From the NCBI GenBank assembly GCA_013239625.1, contig MU054187.1:20180897-20244896 (forward strand): a stretch of DNA of 64,000 nt, read 5' to 3'. The notes below the pieces were generated by a model, which was not told the DNA's origin, searched no databases, and saw nothing but the letters and a program-made list of their open reading frames with translations. This document shows positions 11,336 through 25,654 of the stretch, piece after piece (positions within the stretch are counted from its first letter, which is position 1; each line of letters opens with the position of its first letter). A program made the position numbers and the translations under genes. Source of the DNA: Lama guanicoe. Lineage: Eukaryota.

Positions 11336-14190
11336 ACACATTTAGCAGCCCTCTGCTGTCAGAAGTCTACCTGCCTAAGTCTTACAAAATTTAGGAGATG
11401 AATCATGGAGATGGCTCATCAAACCCTGTTTTATATATAATCTGGCTCCAAAATTGTAAGAATATGGGACCAGAATGGAATTCTGGAACTATAAAGTCAC
11501 AGGTTTAAAGCAGGCTTTGTTGAGATAATACAGAATTCATAGATAAAAAGCAAAACATATCTCACATAGCTCCATTCAATGTCAGTTCCTTTGAAAATGA
11601 ATATTCACTATCCGCAGATAATATAAATCAGCCCTTCCTCTGGGATCTCCTGACACTTAATACACTGCACTTTCCTCAGTCACATACATGAAAGTCTCCT
11701 CATTAGACTGTGTTCCCCTCTAAACAAGGAACAATTAGTCTTTATTTTCTCAGCATCTAGCAAAACACCTGATACTGTATAAACTGGCAGTAATGTTCTT
11801 CAATCCTATTGAAAGCTTAAAGTGAAATGAACTTAATGGGCAATGGAAAGCTTTTTTAAAGCAAAATCCTTCACACACACGCACTGCTGCACACACACGT
11901 GCACAGAGACGCACAGGAAAATTAGCCAAAGTGTAACGCTCAAAAATTTGAATAATTAACAAGCAACTTGCTGAAAATTAGCAAATATTTTATACACTTT
12001 TTGTCAGTATAGATATTCATACACACATATGTATATACTCACACATAAGTTAAGTTGGTTACAGATATTTAAAATTTTCTGATACCTGTCAAAGTAAAGA
12101 AATAATGATAGTCTCTTAAAATGCCATTGGGCTAAATTATAATTCATTAAAATTACAACTCCTCTAATTCCTCCAATAATGATCACACTTCATTTACTTT
12201 GGAATTTTTTTTTTAATTCAATACTTACTGTATAACCAAATAAAAGGGCTCATTTCTTGAGAGTATGATTTGAGAGTCTTTCCAGTTTAATTAAAGATTG
12301 AGTTGATACAAAATGAAATAGATAATTAGATATTTTAGGATAATTCTATAAAACCTTTGAAAGAACAACTTTATAAATTTAAATCCACATGCCTAAATTT
12401 AACATTATATAAAAAGTTTTACTTTTATTACATACGAACTAAAAAGATTGTTACCGGTGAGATACTATGTACTTTTATGTCAATATTTCTTACTATACAA
12501 GTATAGGTTAATAAGCAAACATTCTTTATAAAATGATAACAATTTATCCATAATTTTATTGGAGAAGGGACAACTTAATAGTTATCGAAATATTGCCTTG
12601 TGTTGTACAGTATGAATATGTATTAAATATATATAAAACAAATACTCATATATATTCAAAATATATATACTAATATATATATATACTGATATATATTTTG
12701 AATATATATATATTAAAAAGAAAACATCACAATCACAGTGAGGATTTCTGTTGGTTTATTTTCTTTTATTATTCTTACAATTCAATAGTCATTCTCACAA
12801 TGACGATCTAAGTAAGAAATTTCAGATAGAAAACTGACTCTAAAAACTCTGTTTTACAGTCATTGTTTGTGTTTCTCATTTGGTAATTTTCTTAATTTAT
12901 AATAGAAACGTGAAAGAGGTGTAACTGTTAAGTTTTGTAATCCTTCTCCAAGTACTGTTTTTCTTTATTAAATTTAGGTGAAAGTTAGAATTTTGAAACC
13001 TTTTTTTTTAAAAATACTACTCTATGGGAAAGAATATCATGAAAATATCACATAAAATCTATACAGGTTATTACCTGAGAAACAGGAAAGTCCACATTTG
13101 TGGAGAATTTTAAAAAGTAATTGTACAACTGATGTATTACTTCTAATTTTCTGTGGGAGGAAGCTCTGAACCCTTGATCCAAAACAGACAAGGCCTTAAA
13201 ACCAAGGCATCTTTCTTTGAAGAGGGTCACCCTGAAGCCCTGACTCAGTGATCATGGAAGATGAGAGAGAATGGCAAAACCAAGAAGTCAGATAAGTGAG
13301 GCAAGACCAAAAAGTCATTTAAAGGTCAAAAGAAGATGATGAATTCAGTTACGCTATCCTTTGAGAGCGGCTTCTGCTCATGCATAAATGCCAACATTTG
13401 AAAGTCATTATCAGGAACACTGAAGGGGAAAGGCTCTTCTTTGGCCCTTTCAAGGTAGCCTTTCTTTGGTAAAGAATGAATTCAAATTGTTAAAACTTGA
13501 GAGCTTGTAACCTGTAATTTTTAGGTTCCAATATTATTCCTAGGTAACCCTTGATAAATGGTCACACTTGTGACGTATCTGTGACAAATGCATGCATTCA
13601 TTACTGGTAACCATAAGTACATTTGCTTTGGCTTTGGATGGGAAATTATAACTTAAATGACTCTCAACATCCATGAGCCATTTAGCATTTTGGTAAACCC
13701 AGTATCTATTAAGTGCTACATCCTGCTTGTTGCCTTCTGCCTCTCTAGAGCCTTCTAGACCAGGGTTGGGACTATGTTTGGAACACGTAGCTGAAAGAGA
13801 TTTTTCATGGGCCCACACAAGTGGCTGTAGGTCAAGGGAGCCGGTGGTCCTGAAACCCAGCCCAAATCCAATTTGAGTGGAAACCACCCCAAATCATGGT
13901 GCCAACACAATTCTGATATTCCAATATTGCAATCTGGGTGAATTCATGAAAGAAATAGGGCCAATCAATGGTGATCTTGGTGGTGTAGGGGGAGGACAGG
14001 TGGAGGGTTGGAGAGAATGTTAAAGAGGAGAAACAGGGATCAGCTCTATAAAAGTCCCTTTCTTGATTTGGGGTGCCCTGCTTAGATATCACTGATGGCC
14101 TTGGTTTTTGAAAGTTAACAAATCAATATGGATTTACCTGTGGTTTGTTTAAATAAGATATTGGATTTTATCCTTAATCCTAAATTTGGT

Positions 14191-14511
14191 AGCATAGTGA
14201 TTCAGTTATACATGTATATATTCCTTGTCGCATTCTTCTTCCATATAGATTGGATAAAGATGTCATGTACACACACATACACACACAGACACACACACAC
14301 ACACACACACAATAGAATACTACTCAGCCATAAAAAATAATGAAATAATGCCATATGCAGCAACATCGGTGGACCTAGAGATTATCATACTAGGTGAAGT
14401 AAGTCAGAAAGAGAAAGAAAAATACCATATATCACTTATATGTAGAATCTAAAAAAAAACACAAATGAACTTACTTACAAAACAGAAACAGACTCATTGA
14501 CATAGAAAGCA
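14191..14511. mobile_element. Inverted two-part L1 fragment (14191-14248 minus; 14248-14511 plus) containing a (CA)n tract
   Basis: Antisense L1 3' UTR piece joined directly to a sense ORF2-end/UTR piece. Confidence 0.8.
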
Positions 14512-17337
14512 TCTGTTATTTTTAAATAGCACCTGCTTTGAAATCCTTTCTCTAAGGTCTGTGCTCTGATCTGCCTGGTTACTATTTCAGCTTTTTAAAC
14601 TTTAGGATAGATTTAAATATTCTGGCAGTTGCTCTGATTCTCCCAGAGGATGCTTCGCTAGCATCCTTTCTTTGTCTTCCTTGCATTTGTTTTCAGTTGG
14701 CCTTTGCTCACCTGAAAGCCAAACAGAAGCAAATGGGGAGTTGGTGCTTGTTGGACCAACATGGTGGGTTTTTTTTTTTTTCTTTTACTCACCAGAGTAA
14801 AAGCACTACCAGCACAAATGTGATCCAGATAATTTTACCTCAACCTCTTTCTTTACCATTACTCCTTTTCTAGGATCAACCATCCTTCCATGTTTTATAT
14901 GAGCCCCTGTATTAAAATTTTCATGTGTGCACATGTGTATGTGTACATGCAGATGAAAAGTTCATGAGCCTGTCGTAAGGTGTACATGGCTGAGAACATT
15001 GAAGTAGGATCCCATTTACCTATTTTATTTTTAATGGGTAAAACCATCATGGGGACTTGAAAATGTTTAGGCCAAGGAGAATAAATTCTTGGAGAAAAAG
15101 TTAATGCCATCCTCCCCCTCAAAATATACAAAATACAAAAAAAAAAGAATAAATAAACCAAGTACAAAACCTAAGAAATGACAAGGCATATGTCAAAGTG
15201 GATGAGCTTAGCCTCATAGTAAAACCAGGAGGAAAGAAACAGTCATTGACATAGTCATTAAAATAAGGAATAAACTTAGATAGTACCAGAAAATAAGCTG
15301 GGGACAATTAATTCAAAGAAAAGAAAAAGCAAAAATAATATAAAACAATGTATTTTCTTTCCCTGAGTAATGGAGACCATCTTGCCTGTGGAAGAGCATA
15401 AGGTTTCTTTGAAGATGACAACTAGAAAGGAGCAGACTGCTGACGGAGTTGGAGCAGCCTTGGAAATGAGTGTAGAGATCACATCAGCCTGGCCTTGGTC
15501 CAAAGGAAACTTCTCTAACATGTTTAAAAAATCCTAAGCAAGATATTTGATATTTCAGGGCTGTTTAGGACCATCAGGAATACAATACCATGGTAAGCAA
15601 ATTATTCATTAATAATTTAATAAAATAGCATCAGAAAGTTGGCTGAACATTTTTGCTTTGCATATCTCTGTGGTGAATAGTCATAAAATCTGTCTTCTAA
15701 CAGAGCTTTATATTCAAACCCTACCACCAGGATATATTATATTTTAATATGGAAATATTTTGTAATTGAGCAAACATTTCTTTTCATTTGGGGTAATATT
15801 AAACTACATATTTGTGCCTGAACAAAGACTTTAGATTTGCTCCAGGAATCATTTCTGTTTATACTTCTATTTCATTATCAAGCATCACTAAAAAAATATT
15901 TCATGGGTTTGTATTAATTTTTTCTACGTGGGTGATTTTCTCCAAAGTAATAGAATAGACTTGTAGGTGTGAATATATTTAAATTCTGTTAAATTCTTTT
16001 GCACAGCTTAGAATGACTAAAAAGAAACAAATCATATTTTTTTAATTACTATAAAACTGCATAAATAATTAGGCTATCCAGTAGTTTGATGCTATTTTGA
16101 ATAGCTGCATGCTTTTTAATAATGAAATAGAATGAGGTATTTACATTAATATAAGAAACTAGAAGTATGTCTTTATATCAAATTAAAATAGATGAGAACT
16201 CTCATAAAATGACTGTCATTCCCCAGGAAGAGCCAATAAGTTGCATAAGAGTTCTCCTAATGGTTAAAATATTTTATTGGAAAATTCTGGAAAATGCTCA
16301 ACCCCAACATCTCAATTTGTTCTCCTTCTCAGTAGGCAAATGCCTGGGTGAAAACCGTAACTGCTTCTGGTTGTTTTCATTTTTTCTTTTATACCCATAG
16401 GTTGAATAAAAGATTGAAATCTAATTGAAAACCAAATCCCAACAACCCAAACTTGTCTTACCTGAGCCCCTAAGATAATGATTAGAAATGGTAGAAACTT
16501 GGACCGGAGAGACTCTTCTGATACAGAGATTTGCATTCCTTCCAAAAGCAAAAATCATGCTCGACCCAGAGGTTATTAATGTTTTCTACGAAACCTTTAA
16601 TCAATGTGAAATCAGAGTCCCAAACCATAAAAGGAAAATCAAAGAAAGCTTATTACTGTGAGACAGAGTGCTTCAATGAATAGATGTGAAAAATTAAAAC
16701 CGTAGAAGGTATCTGTCTTCTGCTTGCACTATGTACACAGAGACATATTTTTTATATCCCAACAGAGGAGAATTTAAATATTAAGATAGTCATTTATATC
16801 ACACAAGGGTTCAACTAAATATGCCTTAAATTTTAAGCTTCCCACGGTGCCCTGATAGAAATCCAACAGCTGCTGTAGCAATAGTCTATCACAATCAGCT
16901 GACCGACTGATCTTATAATGGTAAGCTATCAGAATTCAATTTGTTCATTGTAAAGCCTGTAATTTAAACAGAAGACTGCTGGGATTTTCATAAATTGAAG
17001 TTACAAAGTAAGTGCCAAAAGAATCTTACTTTTATCGTTTACACATTCAGATGTGAGTTATTCTAATTTCTGAGGTATAGCTTTTCTATTAGAATTTTTT
17101 CTATCAACCTACAGTCAAATCAATTTTTAATGGAATTTTGAAAAGCTATCTCTTTGTTGTTGTTTTTTTTTAAGCCATGTATAATGAAAGATTTCTAAGA
17201 TCAGAGTGGATTGCTGAAGGAGTACTGTAGTCTCTTAATGGTGGTATTTCAATATTTTGATTTCCATTTCCTGGAAAGATTTATGTGTCAAATAGTTGTT
17301 AAAGTTAAAGTTTTGTGGAGGTTTTTTAATTCTCCTT

Positions 17338-18143
17338 TTCTTTTCTTTAATTGAAGTATAGTTAACTTACAATATTATAATGGTTTCAGGTATAAGAAAT
17401 AGAGACTCAATAGGTTATACACCATGAAATGTTATTTTAATATCATTGATTATATTCCTTGTGTTGTACATTACACCGCTGTGATTTCTTTATTTCATAA
17501 GTGGTAGTCTGTACCACTTAATCTCTTTCATCTCATTCTCCCTCTCTGGCAACAACTTGTTTGTTCTCTGTATTTGTGAGTCTATTTCTGTTTTGTCTTT
17601 TGTTATTTAGATTCTACATATAAGTGAAAACATATAGTATTTGTCTTTCTTTGCCTAAATTATTTCACTTAGCTAATACGCTCCAGGTCCTTCCATGTTG
17701 TTGCCAATGGCAAGATTTCATTCTTTTTTATGGTTGAATATTGTTCCATTGTGTGTATATATATCACATCTTCTTTACTTTACTTCCATATACTGGTTAC
17801 TGTAAATAATGCTGTAGTGAACATTGGGGTGCATGTATCTTTTCAAGTTAGTGTCTTCTCCAGATATATGCCCAAGATTGCTGGAGCATATGGTAACTCG
17901 ATTTTTAGCTTTTTAAGGAATTGCCATACTGTTTCATAGTGGCTACACCAAATTACATTCCCACCAACAGTGTAGGAGGGCTCTCTTTTCTCCACACCCT
18001 CTCCAACATTTATTATTTGTATACTTTTTAATGAAGCCATACCTCATTGTAGTTTTGATTTGCATTTCTCTGATAATTAGAGATACTGAACACCTTTTCA
18101 TGTACCCATTGGCCATCTGTATGTCTTCTTTGGAGAAATGTCT
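17338..18143 (-). mobile_element. 5'-truncated L1 (ORF2 end plus 3' UTR)
   Basis: T-rich tail then ttgaagtatagtt; ORF 17843-18040 [15 protein letters not shown]...KKLKIELPY. Confidence 0.93.
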
Positions 18144-21100
18144 TCTTTGAAGGAATATAACTTTTTAAATCTCAAAGTTACATTTCACATTAAAACACAT
18201 ATCATAGTCACTATTGTCTCATTGACTTTCCCTAGAATCTGTGACTAAGAATGATTGTGTTTTAGGTCTGGAAAGGACTAAGGGAATCTATCAACCCATT
18301 TTTTTCCTGAATGAAAGAAGTCGAATGGTAAGGTTCTGTAGATCTCCCAACTTTCCAGCTATTAGCTCTTATATTCCCTGACACATAAACCCTGATGGTA
18401 TTGGCAAAAATAAAACATGGCAAAGTTTGACTCTGAGGACTTTAGAAAGTGCTTCGAAGGATCACTATTTATCAGCTAATTTGCTGACTTATCTTGGCTT
18501 GGCTAGAAGAGAAATTTAACTACTGAAGCACATAGCTGAGGCAATTGAAATTTATGATTTTTTTTTCAGGTCACCTTTAACATAATTAAACTAGAGTTAA
18601 TTATACATATATTTTATTCTACTGGTAATAAAGACAAATAATGTACATGTTCTGTTCACTACACTTAGAAGCTACTTTTAGGCTCAAAATGTTATATATA
18701 CACCCAACTTAAAGCTTCCATTGCATTCAGGCTTGAACTAGGCAACGCTCCAAAATCTAGAATGAGTATAAAGGAAGCCACTGAATTTCACTATTATTAG
18801 CCTCTTCACTTCTTGAACAAAGCTAATCCGTCCACTTAATCTACATTCATCTTAACCTTAAGAAAAAACGTATTTCAGGAAGGAAAAAATGACCTGATTC
18901 TTCAGGTAAAATTAAATTACCACAGCAATGACTATTCTCCGTTGTTACCTAGCTATTTTTTTTTCTTGTGACCAAATTAAATCCTTAGCTAAGTGTAATA
19001 TTTTCAGAAAACTGTCACTTGGGGTTCTTTCCCCAAACAACTAAATTTTCTTCGTTATTGTTGCTTTTAATTTTCACTCATTCTTGTCTAGTTTTCTAAA
19101 GCCACTTCAAAATTCTTCAAATTGATGCCACTCCAAAAAAAAACCTACTTAAGAGGTTATAATAAAGGTTCACTCTTCTACCTGAATCTTATTCTTGGAC
19201 GTTACATCTTTGGTTACTCCTTTCATTTAATAATTCACTGTATGACCCATGATGATTCTGCTACAATTATTAAAATGCTTGTGTCTGTGTGTTCAATTTG
19301 TCGAAGAAAATTTTGGCTTTACTTTGGAGTTTGGCTTCATTTTATTATCATATTTTAAGGTTGAGATATTCTTCCATTATATAAATTTGGTATCTGATTA
19401 AGTTGAAGTGGTAACAGCAAGGGTAGATGTTGTGTCCAAGAGAGAATTTTAATAACAACAGAAATGTGAAGGTGGGAGAGAAATTATTAAATTAATAGAG
19501 TTAATAGTTCTCTGAAAGGCAAGTCAAATATTATTATTTTACCTACCCTCTGCCTCAGAATACCATGTTGCCTTCATTTCAACATGAGTTGAAAATGCCA
19601 GGATCATAACAAGTTAATTGATTTTTCATAAGAGGAAGTATAAAGTTATTATTTTATTCTACTTACCAAGAAAACCCACAGTAACATTGATGAGAGAATA
19701 ATTTCAATGTGAGTTTTCCATTTAAAATAGATTGGTAGAGGTATAAAGGAATATTAGTGTTTGCTACCAAGTGTCTTAAAATATATTGCTCTGCTTTATA
19801 ATTTGGGCATAATTATGAAATTTTACGTAGGAAAAGTTGAACTAAGTATAAAATTTAACATCATTGATAAATTCTTGGGCTTTAAATGTATTGCTCCTAT
19901 TTAAATATTTGGTTTTCACCAGTAATTCTTTTCACATCATTTAAATTACATTTGCTTCAAATTAAACTGATTTTCGGTTATTGTATCTTCAACATAGACA
20001 GCAACTGTAATTAAAAATTGGATTCCTTCATGAATCTGAATGCTATTATTATATTGACTAAATATTATGTTATATTATATTATGTTATTATTATATTATA
20101 TCTTCATTCCTTGCTCACCTTAAACCATTATTGTTACAAACAAAAATATGAATTTCAGAAAAGCAGCTTTTGGTTCAATGAGGAAAAGAGCTTTCAATGA
20201 AAAAATTCTGCCTAACACTAAGATTTTATTTGCCTTAAGTCACTCTCCTTATTAGAAGTGTTCAAGAACAAGCTAAATGTCCGTCATTCAGACTTTGAGA
20301 AATAAATACTCCTGAATGCAGGTCCAGTGCAAGGCTCTTAGTTCAATCCCTAATATATATAATTAAGCAGAATTAAAATCCCTCTAAATAATTATTACCT
20401 AGCCTCACTGTTTCAATTGTTTGAAAATTTTAATATATATTTTCTGCATTATCCCTTGCATTTATTGCCATGCTTTTGTTATACTTAAGCAAATTGTTAT
20501 TGCCTTCTAATAAGAGGCCTGGATACAAAGGTGGGCAGGAATCCAAGGAGTTCTCCCAACCTGATTTACCTTCACTCTGAATATGACTTTTAAACTTCGA
20601 TTAGGCTTCTCAAATATTAAAAAAAAGAAAGGAAAACGTGAAATGTTGCTATGAATTTAGCTTTTCTCTCAAATTTCAGGCCTTTAAACTCTATTTTATC
20701 TAAGCTTTGTATTGCATTACCTGGTTCCAGAATAAACACGGAAGAATAATTACCCCAAATAAGATCAAACTCATAATTATAATCACCTACTGCTTATAAC
20801 ATTGCACATGATTCCTTAAGATGACACTGAAATAAATCTGTAGATGAACTTCTAACATTTCTATTGTCAATACACAGATTAAAAAAAGACATTATTGGCA
20901 CTGGCAGTAATTATTCTGGGAAAGAAAGCGATAACCTTTAAAATGTCAAGCTGTTCAAACTTTTCAAATTTAAAAAACATACTGTTTGTGAGGTGCTGTC
21001 AGGAATATTTAACTAATGAGAACTTTTAGAATGTGCTGGCAGTAGGCTGACAAGCTCTAAACCAGAGCAGAATTAAGGCAGCTTAGAACCTTGTAGCAAT

Positions 21101-23614
21101 TATCTGTGTAAGTCATTTAACGGTCTTCTAAATGTCACGTTTGCAATAAGAATGGGAAGAGAAGCCTTAATGAGATACAGGGTACCTGTGTTCGAGGACT
21201 CCAAATTGCGACCGCCGTTAGGTAAGTGGTGGTACCTATCACCGAACCAGAATTATGAAACTTTTAGAGATTCTGCAGTGGACCCTCAAAATATCTTTAT
21301 CTTCAAACACCATGAGTCCTTGCCTAGCACGTAAATTGCTTGGTACTGAATCGTATCTCGGTATCACTTTTTGTTTTCCATTTTCAAAAGGATTTTGATG
21401 TTGCACAAGTCAATGAACAGCTGAACCGAAATGAACACAAACTGTCACTTCAAGACTCCATCTCCATGGTGAGTAATGAAGCTGGAATAAAAAAGGAAAC
21501 AAAGCATATTTCCTGTCAGTTAACTGTCAGGTTGTTTATTTGTTTCTTTAAGCAAAGTACTCAGATAATAGCAGCAGAAACTGATTTTCACTTACAATGT
21601 TTAATAAAATATTTGGGTGAACTGAAGGTATTTTCTGTTTATTTTCTTCAAATTGTCCTATTCATAGCAAAAGGTAAATAAGCTAAAATCTATAATAAAA
21701 AATAAACTAAATGAATAAAATAAACTTGAAAGAAATAAAAGATCCTAACTTGTGCTTTTCTGCCCTTGTGTTTTAGGCCAGTTATGTCTGATGTAAATGA
21801 AAGCAAACTTGTACTGTTTGACCTAAAATATCTTTTAATCATTTGTTTTAACTGGCTTCAGACCTGGTGTGGACATACATGCATGAGACCACATGGTTTA
21901 TGTAAGCACTCTTGCCATGCTGAATGAAAAATCAGGACTGAAGTTCACCTAGCCTTAGAGATATTTCCATGACAAAGTTCAGCGAAACGAATGACTCAAA
22001 TCATGCCACTTGGAGCCGCTATTCATTTATAAAATTCTTTTATAGTCTAAGGGTCTAAGAGTACAAATTATGAACAGGAAAACAGATGAGGTAATGCATT
22101 TTAGGTAGTAGAGGTGCTTTCCTTGTAATTTACAGCCAGATCCACTGTAACAGCTAGTCTACCTTTAGGATGCCCTCTTACAGAGAGCGAGGACCTTTAT
22201 GCCAGTCTGCAGATACATATACTGAGGTCTGTTGCGATGCCTCAATCTGATGACATTTGGCTCTTGCACTGTGTATTCAATATTCCCTTTCTGCACCTCC
22301 TCAGTATACGTTGAGTTCTAAAATGTGCTACTGTTAATTCTAATTCTTGTCCTTATTAAACGTAAAATGTAAATTTTTTTGTGTGTCATGGTCACTCAAC
22401 TCCTTCCTCCATTTCCTTACACAACAGTGCCTTTCCCTTCCTTTTCTTTTCTGCTACTTCTTCAGTTTCTATCAAGATTTAACGTGGCTATCGGATTACC
22501 CTTCCTAGTCTTCTGAATTTTGCTCTGATTTCAGTTTTAAATCACAAGGGATATAAAGTTTACTTCTTTACGTTCAAACGTGATATGACTTACACACATA
22601 ATACTTGATGTAAACTTACTTCTGGAGATCATTCTTAGGAATGTCTCAGAAGAAGTTTGCAAGTAGCATAAATATCATTGGAGATTTCAAAAGAAATACA
22701 GAATATATAGTTTATACCTTTAGTTTTGATTTAAATTAGCGTTGTGTTTGCACCCTGTAAATACTTGGTTTTCTAAGGAGCAGGCTTCCGTATTGAAATG
22801 GTAGTTTAGAAATAAACTATTTATAGGAGTCTAAAATAGTCATGGTTGTTATTCTTATCAAGTCAGAATCTTAAAACAGTTTTCCTTTAATTAAAAAAAA
22901 AACTTGTTATCCTGGAAAAACACTTATTTTTTTCCATCCATTATATAAAAATAAAATTTCAAAGAAGTATGTAGTTTGAGATCCTATTCTCTTTAATAGG
23001 AATGATGCCTCTTATTTTCTCAAAAAAAAAAAAAAAAGCAAACAGGCTGGCAAGAAAAGAGCAATACTATCAACTCACCCCTCTGGTAGGAAGGATCTTA
23101 GGAATTAAGGATTACTCTGATTGTATAGAAAGAGTAGATAAATCTAATCAAATACTTGCTGGCTGCTTATATGACATTTTGATGGGCAAATTGTACACTA
23201 AGATATTAAATACTCTGAGAAGCCCTGTAGTAAAAAAAAACAAACAAACAAAAGCCAATGAAAATAAAATCTACACTAACTCTTTCTCAAAATTATTTCT
23301 CAAATAAACATTCTACATGTTATTTTTCACAAAATTATTAATATTCCATAAAACACTCATAAAATAAAAATAAATCCCAAGTTCTAGGGTCAGAGTACAT
23401 TGATTTAAAGAAAAAAAGTATCTCAAAAGTTATTAGTTTGAGTCTTAGCCAGCAACTTAAATATTTTTGAACTTTAATATGCTTATTTTCAAGATGAGTA
23501 TCATGCAAATGATACCTAGCTAACATGGTAAATGTAAAGGTTAAACAAGTATACAAAGTTAATTCCAAACCATCAGGCACTAAGCAATTGATTAGAATAG
23601 GGAAATATTGTAAT

Positions 23615-23760
23615 TTTAAAAACTTTAGTTTTGGAATCCAACATCTTCAAAACCTCACTTTGCCATTTACTATCTAAGTTCATTTTGCAAATGTCTTCCA
23701 TTCAGGAACCTAACTTTTCTCATCTGTAAAGTGAGGTTAATAATACTTAACTTGCACTGG
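23615..23760 (+). mobile_element. MIR fragment
   Basis: ttttggaatcca...tttgccatttacta...tttctcatctgtaaagtgaggttaataata. Confidence 0.7.
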
Positions 23761-24249
23761 AAGAAATGGGAATAAAAGATTAGAAATCGTACAATACAGT
23801 TATTTTCCAATATATAATGATAATTTAATTTGGAATTTTATTTTCAAATTCTGTGATATTTGTTGTGAATATGGTATAAAGAGTATAGAAAAGTGAGAGA
23901 TTCCTGTATTATGAGAAACCTGGTAAAAAGAAAATATTTATTTTTTCACAATAGAAAACTAAGTTACTAGTGGTTTCTGTGTTTTTCAAGAAAAATGATA
24001 AAATGGACAGTACTAAAAATGGCAAGCCATTCTGTTTTTACCAGATCATTAACAATGAAGATAATTATGATAAAATGATGGTAAGTTTAGTAGTTTAAAC
24101 TATGCATCATGCTGTGATAAGAATTTCACATTCGATAGCTAATTAACTTCTTGAAACGGCTCTATGGCATGGGTATTATTATCTTTCCTTTAAAGTACTA
24201 GGATATATAAACGTGGTAGTCAACAGAATTTTTCATCAAATATTTGCAA

Positions 24250-24608
24250 TACTTTTCCATCTGAGCATAGATTAGGGGACCTTCCTGGCACCATCATTGT
24301 TGGTTGGAATCATGTGACCAACTGTGGTCAAAGAGTTCTGATTGTAAGTCAAAAATTTAATTGCCAGTTCAAAATCTTCCAAAAACTCTCTTTGGCTTCT
24401 GGAAAAGCTACAGATGATATACAATTCTGGCTGACAATCAGCTTTTCTCATTAGTGAGTGACTGAAATGATCAGTTTCAATTAACATTCGTGCTCCCTAG
24501 ATAAATTTCAATGGACATGTAGCATGAGTGAAAAAATAAACTTCTCTTATTTTAAGATTGGGGGATGTTTCCTACCACAACATAAATTAGCCTATCCTGT
24601 TTAATGTA
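24250..24608 (+). mobile_element. Old MaLR solo LTR (MLT1J/K-like)
   Basis: catgtgaccaactgtggtcaa...catgagtgaaaaaataaactt...tagcctatcctg. Confidence 0.65.
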
Positions 24609-25181
24609 TCCGAAATATGTTATACTCGTGTATCTAGTTGCACAGTTATATGAAAGATCTAGTATTTGAACTGTTCTCTGATACCAGGGCCCTTGTTTGT
24701 AATCCCACACCTGGTTGTTCTTCCCCAAATGTGGTAAGTATGTATGGGATAAATCTAAGAATCATAAGAGGATATTATCTAATGACACAGGGACTGAATT
24801 AATAGCACCCATTGTTACAAGAGTTACTCTTAAAGCAGGTTGTCTAAGGATTTTTTGTGAAGATTAATGATCAGTCTGATAAAAGAATGCAACAGCAACC
24901 CAAAGAAGCACAAGAAAAAAATCTGTAGGTTAGAGATGCATATTCCATTAAATTAAAGTGATGGCCCAATGTCTGATGTCGTTAAGGGCCAGCTCAATTT
25001 CATCTCTGTTTCATATTAATTTCCACACTTCAAGCAGAGTTTCTGTGTGAAGAGTTAAGGGCACGATAGAAGGGAGAAAAGCCCTGTGATGCCCTCTACT
25101 TCTTGGTTCCTTAAACATGTGCTTACTTTGCTTAATGGTTAATCCAGGACGGCTCTATTGATCTGCCTTTTCTAAAAATTC

Positions 25182-25561
25182 AAAAAAAAAAAAAGAAAGA
25201 AAGAAAGAAAGAAAGAAAGAAAAAGGAAAAAGAGAACACTAATGAGCTCATCTATGAGAGAAACAGACTCGCAGACATAGTAAACAATCTTATGGTTATT
25301 GGGGAAGGAGAGTGGAAAGGGATAAATTTGGGAGTTTGAGATTTGCTAATGTTAACCACTGTATGTATGTAAGTAGATTAAAAAAAATCAAACTTCTTCT
25401 GCATAGCACAGGGAACTATATTCAATATCTTGTAATAACTTTTAATGAAAAAGAATATGAAAATGAACACATGTATGTATATGCATGATTGGGACATTAT
25501 GCTGCGCACCAGAAATTGACACATTGTAACTGACTATACTTAAAAACTGTTAGAAAAAAAA
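25182..25561 (+). mobile_element. Young L1 3' UTR, 5'-truncated at the internal A tract, which has expanded into (GAAA)n
   Basis: Closely similar to 5980-6165; ends gactatacttaaaa...aaaaaaa. Confidence 0.9.
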
Positions 25562-25654
25562 TCCTATACTATATAGTATTTTGGGGTATGACTTCTGGAA
25601 ATGTGTTTAATTATGATTTTTTATTTGATGTAGTTCTGTTAAATTTCTTTAATC

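Noticed and set aside
20325..20360. SINE-like B-box fragment (gttcaatccc)
   Set aside because: Too short and degenerate to call
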